The notes beneath the pieces are model-generated. The model did not search any database and had not been told where the DNA came from. It was given only the letters and a program-made list of their open reading frames with translations. Shown here piece after piece: positions 38,343-51,006 of a stretch of DNA of 64,000 nt (within the stretch, counting starts at the first letter, position 1; each line of letters begins with the position of its first letter). Both the position numbers and the translations under genes were made by a program. The DNA is from Octopus vulgaris (lineage: Eukaryota). The stretch spans positions 34,472,001 to 34,536,000 of the forward strand of contig OX597833.1 of the NCBI GenBank assembly GCA_951406725.2. Direction: 5' to 3'.

Positions 38343-40475
38343 CTTCAAATAGAGAAACAAAACAAAACGGTCAAATATTTAATTATAGATTAGTGTTGAC
38401 ATTATAATTTCAAACTGCTGCAAATGATGATGATGAAAGCAAAGTTAACTCTCAGCAGGAGTAATTTTGCCTTTCATCCACTTGAGGATTAGTAAAACAG
38501 CTAGGACAAATACTGTATTTTGCCTGATGCGCTAGTAATTTATACCAATCCGTTGACGAAATAATAATAATTTCTAATTTAGGTACAAGGCCACCATTTT
38601 TGAAGGGAGAGGATCAGTAAATTACATCAACCTCAGTACTTGATTGGTATTTAATTTTATTGGCCACAAAAGGTTGAACAGCAAAAGTGACCTTGACAGG
38701 ATTTGAACTCAGAACATAAAGAGCTGTAACTAGATAATGCAAACCATTTTATCTGATACTCTAATCATTCTGCTGTCCACCACACTTAATTGTTTTTAAC
38801 ATAAATACAAAGCCAGCAGTTTTGAAGGGGGGTAGGGTTAACCAATAATATCAAATCTAATACTGGACTGGTACTTAATGTTATTGATCCCCAAGAGCAA
38901 AGATGGACAAGGCAGGATTTCAATGCATGGGCACTTTTTTCGAGGTGTTAATGATTCTGCCAATCCTTTCTTACAAATCCACCAATTTGGCTGGTGGGGT
39001 AGATTTTTGGTGCATTAGTCAAATTGACCAATCCAGTACTTGATTATGGTACTCAAAATGTAAAAATGCTTTAACAATTCTACCAATCCAATGTCTTATC
39101 AACAAATACAATAATGGCAGCAATAAACAACAACAACAATCCTAATCCATTGGTCCAGTCAGGTTTTGAAACGAAAATTTGAAAGCAAAATTTTCCAACA
39201 TAATTTACAAATTAGGACTTGCTGGAGAGTATATAATACACAGAAGTACACACAAACAGACAGAGGCAAGTACACATATGCACAGAAAAGCCTGCAGATA
39301 GAAAACAGACATCTACACTTAGGCATATACATGTACACAGAGGTAAAGAAACATACATTCAAAATATAGAAGTTAATGATAAAATGTTGGTGAATTACAA
39401 AAGACTTAAGTTTTAAAATCTTTAGCTTCAAATAATAATAATAATAAAATAAAAATAAAAATCCTCAACTAATTTTTGCTTTAAAACAGCAAAGTATAAT
39501 CATTGTTTGAGATGTTTAACTTGAAATAAGGACTTGGCAAGTATTTTAAGGAAATTCAATTTGAAAAGAATATCTTTTTTTCTATTCTTTTGTTTTGTTT
39601 TGTTTTCTTTATTTGTTATTTAATCAACTTGTACTCAAACAGGATATAAAGAAAAAAAACAACAAATAGAAATAAAATATATATATAAAAAAGAGAAATT
39701 TTGGCAGAATCAAAATAATCTAATGAAACAAAAACAAATTAATAGATTTTGGAATTTGTTCAAAATGTTGAAAAGAAGAACCGTTAATAATGCTACCTGC
39801 TTAATTGTTAGCGATTACTGACCAACCAAATAGATGGTTAAAGATATCTGCCTAATGAGAAATCAGGATAATAATGAGCGCTTTTGTTAAGCCTGGTACC
39901 TATTCTATCAGTCTATTTTTGCTGAACTGCTAAGTTATAGGGATGTAAACATTCCAACACTGGTTGGTGATGGGAGGAGGGACAAACATAGACACACACA
40001 GATATATATATATATATACAACAGGCTTCTTTCAGTTTCCGTCTACCAAATCCATTCACAAGGCCCGAAGCTATAGCAGAAGACTTTGCCCAAGGTGCTA
40101 TGCAGTGGGACTGAATCCAGAACCTTGTGGTTGGGAAGCAAGCTTCACACAGTCACACCTGTCATATTTAGTGACAATGATAGTTTTCCTATCATTAGGC
40201 TACAGCCTAATGATATCAACTTGCAACAGCAATTTTATGGGGTTGTACCAAGATGTGTCAATATAATGTAGGATAAATATAATAATAATGGGATCTTAAT
40301 GCATTGCTATGCATGTTTCCACAAATCACATGTTTCATACAACCATAGCCTGTATTCCTGGGATGATTACAGTACAATCTGTAATATCCATGGACATCAG
40401 GTGGATTTTAGTTCACGTGTTCATTTCTTCAGGCGATATGGCATTAAAGTTAGAAGTAATGAATGTATAAGTGAC

Positions 40476-40957
<482 letters not shown>

Positions 40958-41589
40958 TTTAGCGTCCGCTTTCCATGCTAGCATGGGTTGGACGGTTCAA
41001 CTGGGGTCTGTGAAGCCAGAAGGCTGCATCAGGCCCAGTCTGATCTGGCAGTGTTTCTACAGCTGGATGCCCTTCCTAACGCCAACCACTCCGAGAGTGT
41101 AGTGGGTGCTTTTTATGTGCCACCCGCACAGGTGCCAGACGGAGCTGGCAAACGGCCATGGACGGATATACATATATATATACATATATACTTATATATA
41201 TATATATGCATATATATATATATATACACACACACATACATATTCTTTTATTTCTTTGTTTCAATCATTAAACTGCACCACCTTAAAGAATTTTAGTTGA
41301 GCGAAGCGACACCAGTACTTATTCTATCAGTCTCTTTTTGCCACACCACTAAGTTATGGGCATATAAACACACTAGCACTGGTTGTCAATCAGTGGTGGA
41401 CACACATACACATGACAGACTTTTTTTCAGTTTTTGCTTATCAAATTTGCTCTCATGGCTTTGGTCAGCCAGGACTATAGCAGAAAATACTTGCCCAAGA
41501 TGCTAAGCAGTGGGACTGAACCTGGACTGAACCTGGAACCATGTAGTTGAGAACCAAACTTCTTACCACACCCTCACACCTGAAGTAGG

Positions 41590-42780
41590 CAATTATATGC
41601 TCAAAATGGCCATCAAAAATGTTAAGATGTGGAAAACAGGGTTCATCAGGGATAATTTGAGATGCTTGAAAATAACTGGCAAAATGGCCATCAGCAAAGT
41701 TGACCTAGAAATATAGGGAGGTGTTATACTCAATGACTGAAATAGCAGTATAATCAGCTGTTACAAGGGCAAAAAAACGCTCTAGAAAGAAGCAACTGTA
41801 GAGGTATCAAGCTAGTGGACCAAGCTATGAGAGTAACAGAAAGTCTTAGCATAACTGATAAGAAGAGAATCCACATAGATGAAATGCAGTTTGGATTTGA
41901 GTAAGGTAGGAGCACAATTGATGCTCTAAGATAAATTTTTAACTAAGAGTAAGCTTCTCTGCTAAGCATTTGTTAATCTGGAGAAGGCTTTTGACAGGGT
42001 ACTATGATATGTAGTCTATGAGGAATTTCAATGAGGAATTTAGTACACAAATAGTTGTCCCTCAAGGTTCAGTTCCCTTACCTATTTATTATCGTTCTCT
42101 AAGCTATAACAGAAGTTTAAGACTGCCAGTGGGAATTTCTATATGCTGATGACTAGTCCTTATCACAAAGATTGTGGAGGATTTCGAGAAGAAATTCTGT
42201 GGAAACAAAATCTGCAATGAAAAGGTCTCGGAGCAAACTTTACAAAGACTATAGTTTTAGTAAGAAAGAAGACAGTTCTCTGATACTACCAAGAAAATAT
42301 ATACTGCTTAATATACAGAATAAGACTAGGGTGGAAAAAGTTCAGGAAGCTATTTCCTCTGTTCACAAAACAGATTCATTTTATGAGTGAAGGGTATATG
42401 TTTGTGTATTAACTGCAATGCTGCATGATAGTAACATGAGTGTAGTGAATGTAGAGGTGTGAAAGTGGGACAGAAATAAAGCAAACATACTCCATTTGAT
42501 ATGTAATGTTGGTGTGCACAAGTGATGAGGCACAGATGAAAAACTGAAGAGACACTTGGCATAAGAGGAATCAGATGTAGTGTGGGAAAGAGGTGATTGT
42601 GTTGTACAGACATATAATTCAAATGGAAGACAGCTGGGCAAAAAATACCCAGGAGCTCTATGTGAGATCATGGAAGACAAGGGTAAAAGTAGTAAAGCTA
42701 ATCTCAAGAGATAACAAAGGAATGCAACAGGTGGTAACATGCAGTGTTGGAGAAGACCCATCCAATCCATACAAGCATGA
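41590..42780 (+). mobile_element. Decayed RTE-like LINE fragment
   Basis: Broken frames give DEMQFGF, AFVNLEKAFDRV, QGSV and WEFLYADD; related to the copy at 47940-49900. Confidence 0.75.
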
Positions 42781-44089
42781 GTAAATGAATTCAAGGTGAC
42801 GCTATATGTAATATAAATTTCTTTGTCTTTTCCTCTCTTCATTGACTTCACACATTTTCTCTCTTTTTTCTCATTTAGTTTAAATTTTTCCTCTTTGTTA
42901 AAACATTTCACCCTCTGATATCATTTTCTAACACACAGGTACACATTTCTATCAGATGCTTACAGCCTCCATATTGCTTTTGTCATCTCATTTACTTCAC
43001 CAATATCTATTCTCCATCTTATTTGCACCCACTCTCACATCCTCACTTTCTCACTATCCATTTAACAAATACACACACGCACATAAACAAACACCCAACA
43101 CCCTCATAAATCTATACTCTATACTTCCACACACTAACATATACCACATTTAAACACACACACACCTCTCCTCTCATACACCTGCTTCCAGAAATGGATA
43201 CACAAATAACTTGTGTATATACACCTGCCTCTTCTCTTCTTAACTCTCTACCATAGAATAGTATTCCCAAGTTTCTAACCTTTTGTCTGTTTTTTTCTTC
43301 ACTGTTTTGGTTTCTCATCTCCTCTATGCTTCTATCTTTCTTCTGATCAAGGACTAATGTCTGAAATGTTAAGACTCTTATTTTTTCACCATTAAAGTAT
43401 TAAGCTAATTAATACCTTGTCAAATCTTATATTTCAAAACAAAGAAAATGAAAAAGCCCCCCCAGTTGAGTAAGTGTGTTGTAGAGAGAGAGGTAGTTTA
43501 TGCCAGATGCTGAAGTACAATAGATGAACAGGTATTTTGCTGTAGAGGAGATACATGGAAATATTACATGATATAAGGGTGACTGAGAGAAGCTGGAAAA
43601 AGAGATAAAGATGGTGGTGATAAGGTTAGGGTGTACTCTCAAAGCACAAGATGAATGTAAGAGAGAACAGGGACAAAGGATCAGGAAGAGCAAATAGTTG
43701 AGTTTGTAAGAGTGTGATAAGGTGAGTGACAGATGGGTAGAGATGGAGTTAAATGTGAATGCAGTGAATAGTGAACATGGTTGAAGGCCTGGCTGATGGT
43801 GAATATCAGCTTGGGGGTGAAGGTGAAGGAAATAGGAAAAGGTCAGGAATGATGGGGTGATAAGTGATATGGAAGACAGTAGTATAATAAAACCATAGAT
43901 AAATGAGAAATAGGAAGATGATGTGAAAACAAAAGGTGGGTGGGAGATACACAGTAAGATATGGAGGCCAGAAGTATGTAAAGGTGGATATAGCAACAAA
44001 GAATGGTGGATGTCAGAGGCAGATATATGAAAGTGTTGAGAATGATAGCAGATATGAAAAGGTGTTAATGATTCTGACAAATATACTGA

Positions 44090-44890
44090 ACCTGATCAAC
44101 ATCCATCTGACATTCTTCTTGTTCAGGAACTATGTTGTCATGCCAAAGCTTCTATATACATTCCACAAAGACCCTTGCTACTGCTATGCATCACTCTTCA
44201 CAGGTCTCAGTGCCTGTATCCAATGGACCACTGAGGAGGTATACAATATCTGGTTTGATGACACTGGATTGCAACAGGCCACCTTACCTGTCAGATATGG
44301 CAGCCTTGGCCTTCGGTCTCACTGTTCCTGCAGGCATTTCTCTCATCAGTGACTGCTTGCTATGTCCTCATCCACACAATTACTGTAATCGGAGAGCACA
44401 AGGTGGCCTACAAGACATAGAGCCAGCTCAGTCTCCTCCGCACTGTCCGTTTTCACTCAGCCTCCCGGTCCCACAACAGTGCAAGCTCAATACAATGCTA
44501 TCACTTTTGACTAGCATTCAGCTGGATAGCAACTGTTTGCACATCAGTGTTTCTTAATGCTTGACCTCAAAATCTGTAAGCTTCTGCTGTGGATCAATTG
44601 TAGACTTTTTCAGTCTCCACCCATTTTCATGCCATTATAGTGCTGGTCACCTTCCATATCATGCTACTCTCAAGGAGATCATAAAGCATGGGTTAGACAC
44701 TACAAGCTTCTGACAGATTTGTGATCAAGTCTGTGCCAATGGAGACCTCCAGCATTCATCCCTGCTATCAAGATTGAAATAGCTATCCACAAGTGCAAGG
44801 TCCCTAAGTCTGAGTGGCTGTTCCAGCGTGTCTCCCTTGCCATCCTCCAGGGCAATACCTTTTCCATATTATCCACTGGCACCATGAGGT
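44090..44890 (+). mobile_element. Decayed CRE-like non-LTR retrotransposon fragment
   Basis: QATLPVRYGSLGLRS, HATLKEIIKHG and EWLFQRVSLAILQGN resemble post-RT and C-terminal motifs of CRE-clade elements. Confidence 0.6.
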
Positions 44891-45363
44891 GGACTGACCA
44901 CTCCTTTTAGCTATATCTGCTGTATTCTTTTAAAAAAGCTTTTTTTTTTGTCATATTATGGTGGGATATGACAGTCATAAAATGTAGCTCAAAGGAAAAG
45001 TGTGTTCAGTGGAAAATAAAGTGGGAAAGATATTATTGAGACTGAAGGATGACAAAAGGAGAAGTGGTAGCACAAAGGTGTATGAAATATGTGCAGTTCT
45101 CTTATAATTACAGTAGCTGAATGAATAGTGACATAGTTAGCAGGGACATATGCGGTGGAGTTTGGGGGCATTATAGATACATATATCAGTGTATTGACCA
45201 GACTATCAGATGTTTTCATACACCACTAGTTATAATACACTTGTGTTGTTGAAGCTTTCTAATAATGCCAGTAGTAGGACAGGTGGGCAAGTAACATTTC
45301 TCCTGAACAGAACACCAGTCGATCACAGAGTTACCCATTTACAGTTGAGTGGACATACACACA

Positions 45364-45550
45364 CAGTCATTCAGAAAGTTTTGTGTTATTTTTGAAGAAT
45401 GAAAATAAAATAAATCTACTTGTATTACAATAATTTTTATTCATCAAATACCCTCCATTATTGTTAATGATTTTAGTCCATGTATTTGGTTGCTTCAAAA
45501 TTCCATCCACATAGAACTGGGCTACTTTGGAGGAAAAGAAGTTATCCAAA
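45364..45550 (-). mobile_element. mariner 3'-terminal fragment
   Basis: FFSSKVAQFYVDGILKQPNTWTKIINNNGGY matches the mariner transposase C-terminus pattern. Confidence 0.7.
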
Positions 45551-45723
45551 TTAATACATGTGTGTGTGTAAATACATATATGTGTATAAATACATATGTG
45601 TGTGTGTGTTTTTTATTGTCTCGAATGCTGTTATTTGCCTGCAGTGCGGTTGTGCGGAGTTCTGTTCTGTTTGCGGCACGATGTGTTCAGTGTTGGTTTT
45701 TAGTTAGTCGAGGCTGTAGCAAC

Positions 45724-47875
45724 TCACTGCATAAAACATGCATTGAAGTTTAGTTTTTCTTACAATTTAGCAATCTTTGTTTGTATTGAAGATTGCTGTA
45801 TTTTTAGTTGATTAAAACCTTTTAAACTTAGATATTCCAGTTTGGGTTTATAACAATTTAATCAACTAAAAATAGCTAGAGAAAGAGATTGGACAGCAAA
45901 TTTATCAAACCAAATTTGTTCACCGCTGATCAAAGTTCGAGTCAAGCTTCAAAAGAATGGAAATATTGGTTCAGAACTTTTATAAATTTTTTAGAATCAC
46001 TTCCCGCTGAACTGCCTATCACTGATGAAAGCAAGCTTAGGAGTTTAATAGTTCACATAGATAAAGACGTTTACGAACTCATAAGTGAATGTGAGAATTA
46101 CGCAGAAGCAATTCAAACTCTGGAGAGACTGTACATGAAACCTTTGAACATTATTTTTGTGAGACAGCTTTTGATAACATGCAAACAAGAACCAAGTCAA
46201 TCAGTTGACGATTATTTACAGAAATTGAAATGACTAGCTAAAGATTGCGGGTACAGAGCAGTCACTGAGACTCACAAAAATGAAGTTGTTTGTGACACAT
46301 TTATCTCGGGATTAATGTCATCTTCAACTCGCCTTAGACTTTTAGAAAATGTTCAAGATGTAGCGATAACTTTAGAAGCGATATTTAACCAAGCTTGCAT
46401 GCTGGAAGTTGCTCAAAGGAATTCTGAAGTGTATAACAGCAGTCAGACTGCTATAAACAGGCAGGGAACTGTTTATCAATGTTTATTCCACGTGAAGAAG
46501 ACAAAATCTCAATTCCTGATGGAAACATAGCTTGTGCAGCAACAAAACGAACCCAAAAATCCTACACCTTTTGCAGATCTAATGATTTTCATCTGAGATT
46601 TAAGTGTCCCACTAGGCAGAGCAAGTGTTACAAATATGGATATTTTGGTCATTTTGCTAAAGAATGCCGGTCAAGTATCCGCAAAAATTTTGATAAGACA
46701 TCAGCAGCTCTTGATGATGGCAACTTTGCCACGGTTTGATGTCAAGGAGGAGCTGCTACTAAAGTTAATTATACAATAACAGTTGATAGCGTGAAAGCAT
46801 TTGCTTTGATTGATACCAGCTCTATTATGAATCATATTAGCAAAGACTTTGCAAAGTAAAAACAAATTGGTAGTGAAGTTCGAGAGAAATGAAATTAACA
46901 TGGCTGTCAATGGAAATCGTTTCTAAAGGGATGGTTATTGTATGGGATCAACTGAACTTCAAGGAAGAATTTACGAGCAAGTAAAGCTGGTGGTACTTGA
47001 TAATTTGTTTGTAGATAGAAGGGGCAATTGAACACAGTGTTTGTCCCTGGCAAGCCTAGGTACTGGTAATATCAGGAGAAAATCATCGTGAAAAACTGTG
47101 TATTGATTATAGTGAGACTATAAATAAGTTTACGCAATTAGATGGATATCCATTGCCAAATATGCATGACATGGTCACAAAAATAACTCAATTTAATCAT
47201 TTTAGCACACTGGAACTCAAAAGTGCATATCATCAAGTTGAGATTCCAGCTGAAAATCGATCCTACATGGCTATCGAAGCACAGGGAAAATTATATCAAA
47301 GCAAACGTATTGCTGTTGGACTTACAAATGCAATGCCCTGTTTCCAGAGAGTGATCGATAATATAATCGAAAGCCATAATTGTAGAGCTACTTTTGCATA
47401 TATCGACAACATAACTGTGTGTGGTAAATCAAAGGAAGAACATGATCAAAACTTGAAACATTTTCTTCAAGTTGTAAAAGACTGAAATTTAACTTTTAAT
47501 GATGCCAAATGCATTTACAGCACTACACTGATTTGATTGCTTGGCTATGAAATTCAAAATGGTAACTTGAAACCTGACTGGGTAAAACCCTTACTAGAAC
47601 TACCTATTCCTAGTACCCACAAAGCATTGAGTTGAATTGTTGGTCTATTTGCGTATCATTCCAAATGGAATTCCATATTACTCCATTATACCTTTCACAT
47701 TGAGCATTTTCACGAGGATTGTACACAGTAGAATGAGTAATCACTGCATAAAACTGTAATTGCGTTGAAGTTTGGTTTTGCTTACAATTTAGCAATCTGT
47801 TTGTATTGCAGATTGCTATATTTTTAGTTGATTAAAACCTTTTAAACTTAGATATCCCAGTTTGGGTTTATAACA
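45724..47875 (+). mobile_element. Internally deleted Gypsy LTR retrotransposon
   Basis: Direct repeats 45724-45855 and 47741-47875 ending TAACA (the 5' LTR may extend further left). Gag 45889-46740 with a degenerate zinc knuckle CYKYGYFGHFAKEC. Protease-like ALIDTSS. RT with STLELKSAYHQ, GLTNA and YIDN. Stops and frameshifts throughout. Confidence 0.92.
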
Positions 47876-47903
47876 GAGTAAATACATATATGCAGGAGTG
47901 TAA

Positions 47904-47935
<32 letters not shown>

Positions 47936-47939
47936 GTTT

Positions 47940-49900
47940 CCAGAAACTGTTTCACCAAGATGAGCAGGTCTTCTCAGGTACCATTTATCCCAGTCCTTTG
48001 TCATCTCCTCCATGAAGTTCAAGGTCCTGAGATCAGCCTTCAATACTTTGTCCCATATCTTGCTGGGTTTCCACAACCTCTATCCTCATTGATTGGCACT
48101 TCTTTATACAGCTGTCTTCATCCATATGCATCACATGCCCATACCAGTACAGTCATCTTTCTTGCTCACTACATCTGAGTCCTTTTTAGCCCAATTTTTC
48201 TTTCAATACATTTACTGTTAGTCTTCCATGTACTTATATTGCACATCTATCAGAGCACCCTAGCTTCATTTCTTTCTGGCCCTTGCAACTCTTCTGCATT
48301 CAAAGCCCATGTCTTAATGCAATGCAGCATCAAAGTTCTAACACCAGTGTCTTAAAAACCTATCCTTCACTCTAAGCACAAAGGCCTGCAGTGGTAGCAG
48401 CTCACTGAACATTTTCTAACCTAAACTTATTCTGGTTGCTATATTTTCAGCACAACCACCTTTTCTGCTAATTATGTTTCCTAGGTAAGAAAACTTATCA
48501 ATTACTTCTAGGGAAGTATCTGGGAATTTCAGAAAATTTATTTCTGATGTGCTTTAAGTATGTATTCATCAGTGCATCTGTCATGTGCAGAGTTTACTTA
48601 CTTTGTTAGTCTGCTTGTGATCCCACTACACCTCAAATGTCCGTAACTTACATAGCTTATACCTATTCCTTCTCTGTATATTAAGACCATTTCTCTGAAA
48701 ATAATAGGGTTGTCTTTTTAGCAACTTAGTAAAACCTTCATCTTTGCTAAGTTTACCTTGAAGCCTCCAAATTCCAGGTTTAGCTTCCATACCTGAAACA
48801 TCATCTCCACTTTAAAGTCAGCTACAAGAACTAGATCATCAGCATATAAGAATTTCCATGGACAATCAGTCTTAAACTCCACTCTGATGGCCTGTAAGAC
48901 TATGAATAGGAGAGGACTGAGGACTGAGCCTTGATGGACACCTACCTTCACACAAAACACATCACTAAAATCGTTATTGACTCTCACTTTACTAATTGCA
49001 TCAGTGTACATAGCTTCTACAACCCTCACAAACCATTCATATACATCTAGTTTCCTCAGCAACAACCAAACTACTGAACTTGGTATTCTATCAAATGTCT
49101 TCTCCAAGTAAACAAGTGCTAGAAAGATTGCATTCATGGTATCTCTTCCAGGCACAAGGCCAAACTGCATCTTATCTAGGTGTACGCCAGCTTCATTTCT
49201 TTCTAATCCTTGCAAATCTTCTGTGTTCAAGACCATGTCTTGTTACTTAGTAGCATCACAGTTCTAACACAAGTGCCATACAATCTACCCTTCACTCTGA
49301 GGGACCTTTGTTGCCATCTGTGGTGGTAGCTTCCTGGACTTTTCCCAACCTGTTCTTATCCTGGCTACTATACTTTCAGTGCAACTACTTGCCCTGCTAA
49401 TTATGTCTCTAGGTAATAAACGCTATTGAGTACTTCTAGTAAGCCATCTGGACATTTAAGAATTTGTTTCTGATGTGCTCACAATATGTACTGCACCAGT
49501 GCATGTCATATAAAGCTTACTCCTATTAATCTGTCTGTGATTCTGCATGCCTTGTGTCTGTAAGTTATATTGGGCACAGCATATAAAGTTTATACCTACA
49601 CCTACACCTCTGCATATCAAGCAAGGCTATTTCCCTGATTATATATCAATGTTCTGTCTTCTTTCCAACTTACTAAAACTTTAGTCTTTGTTTACAGAGG
49701 CCTCTTGATTCTAGGTTTAGCTTACATGCTTGGAATTTCTCCTCTAATTCCATTACAGTTTCAGCTACGAGAACTAAATAATCAATGTATATAAATTCGC
49801 ATGGGCAACCAATTTTAGGGTTAGGGTTAACCAATTTTAGCCACCTCTGTGATGGCCTGTGATGAATAGAAAATGACTGAGGACTGAACCTTGATGGATT
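47940..49900 (-). mobile_element. Two adjacent decayed RTE-like LINE fragments
   Basis: MQFGLVPGR..LEKTFDR..VGVHQGSVLSPLLF..FLYADDLVLVA (48718-49236), with a second partial RT at 49673-49903. Confidence 0.85.
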
Positions 49901-50604
49901 CATAATATTTAATTTTCAAAAATATTTTCTATTTTCATTGTATACAAATCATTTGGTAGTATTAGTGGTTGAAATGTTTTCTTTTAATGGTGATCTATCA
50001 GTTAGCAACAACTTTTGTGGTATGTTAAATTTTGTTGACTCATAGCAAAAGCACACTGAAAAGTGTTAGTAAAAGAATGAGGGTGATGTGTGTATGTATG
50101 TGTGTATGTGTGAATATGTGTATGTATGTTTGTGTTTTTCTCTCTGTATGTGACAACAGGTGTTGGTTTATTTACACCTCTGCAACTTAGCAATTCAGCA
50201 AAAAGCCTGAAAGAATAAGTCCCAGGCTTAAAAGTAGTATTGGGTTTGAATCCATTGACTGCACCTTGGACAAGTGTCTTCTACTATAGCTCCAGGTTGA
50301 CCAAAGCCTTGTGAGAGAATTTGGCAGATGGAAACTGAAAGAACCCCATTATATGTGCTTGTGTTTTATAAATGTGTGTGGGGGGTCGCCTTGACAGTTG
50401 TAATTCAGCATTGTCATCATAAAAGTGATATCCTTCATTTCCAACCTTCTATGAAAACATATCCAGCTAGGGGGAAATATTACCTTGCTTGAAAACTTGG
50501 AGACAGGAAAGTCATCTGGCCATCAAAAATCTGCCTCAATGAATTCTACCCAACTCATGAGAACATGGAAAACTGGATGTTAAAACAATGATAATCATAT
50601 ATAT

Positions 50605-50761
50605 GGAGTGGCTGTGTGGTACATAGCTTGCTTACCAACTACATGGTTCCTTGTTCATTCCCACAGCGTGGAACCATGGGCAAGTGTCTTCTACTATAGC
50701 CTCGGGCCAATCAAAGCCTTGTGAGTAGATTTGGTAGATGGAAACTGAAAGAAGCCCATCG

Positions 50762-50796
<35 letters not shown>

Positions 50797-51006
50797 ATGT
50801 TTGTGTGTCTGTGTTTGTCCCCCCAACATTGCTTGACAACCAATGGTGGAGTGTTTACATCCCTGTAACTTAGTGGTTTGGCAAAAGAGACCGATAGAAT
50901 AAGTACAAGGCTTCCAAAAAATAAGTCCTGGGGTCGATTTGCTCGACTAAAGATGGTGCTCCAGCATGGCCGCAGTCAAATGACTGAAACAAGTAAGAGT
51001 AAAGAG
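50605..51006 (+). mobile_element. SINE family 1 copy
   Basis: GGAGTGGCTGTGTGGTA head through GACTGAAACAAGTAAGAG tail. Confidence 0.85.
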
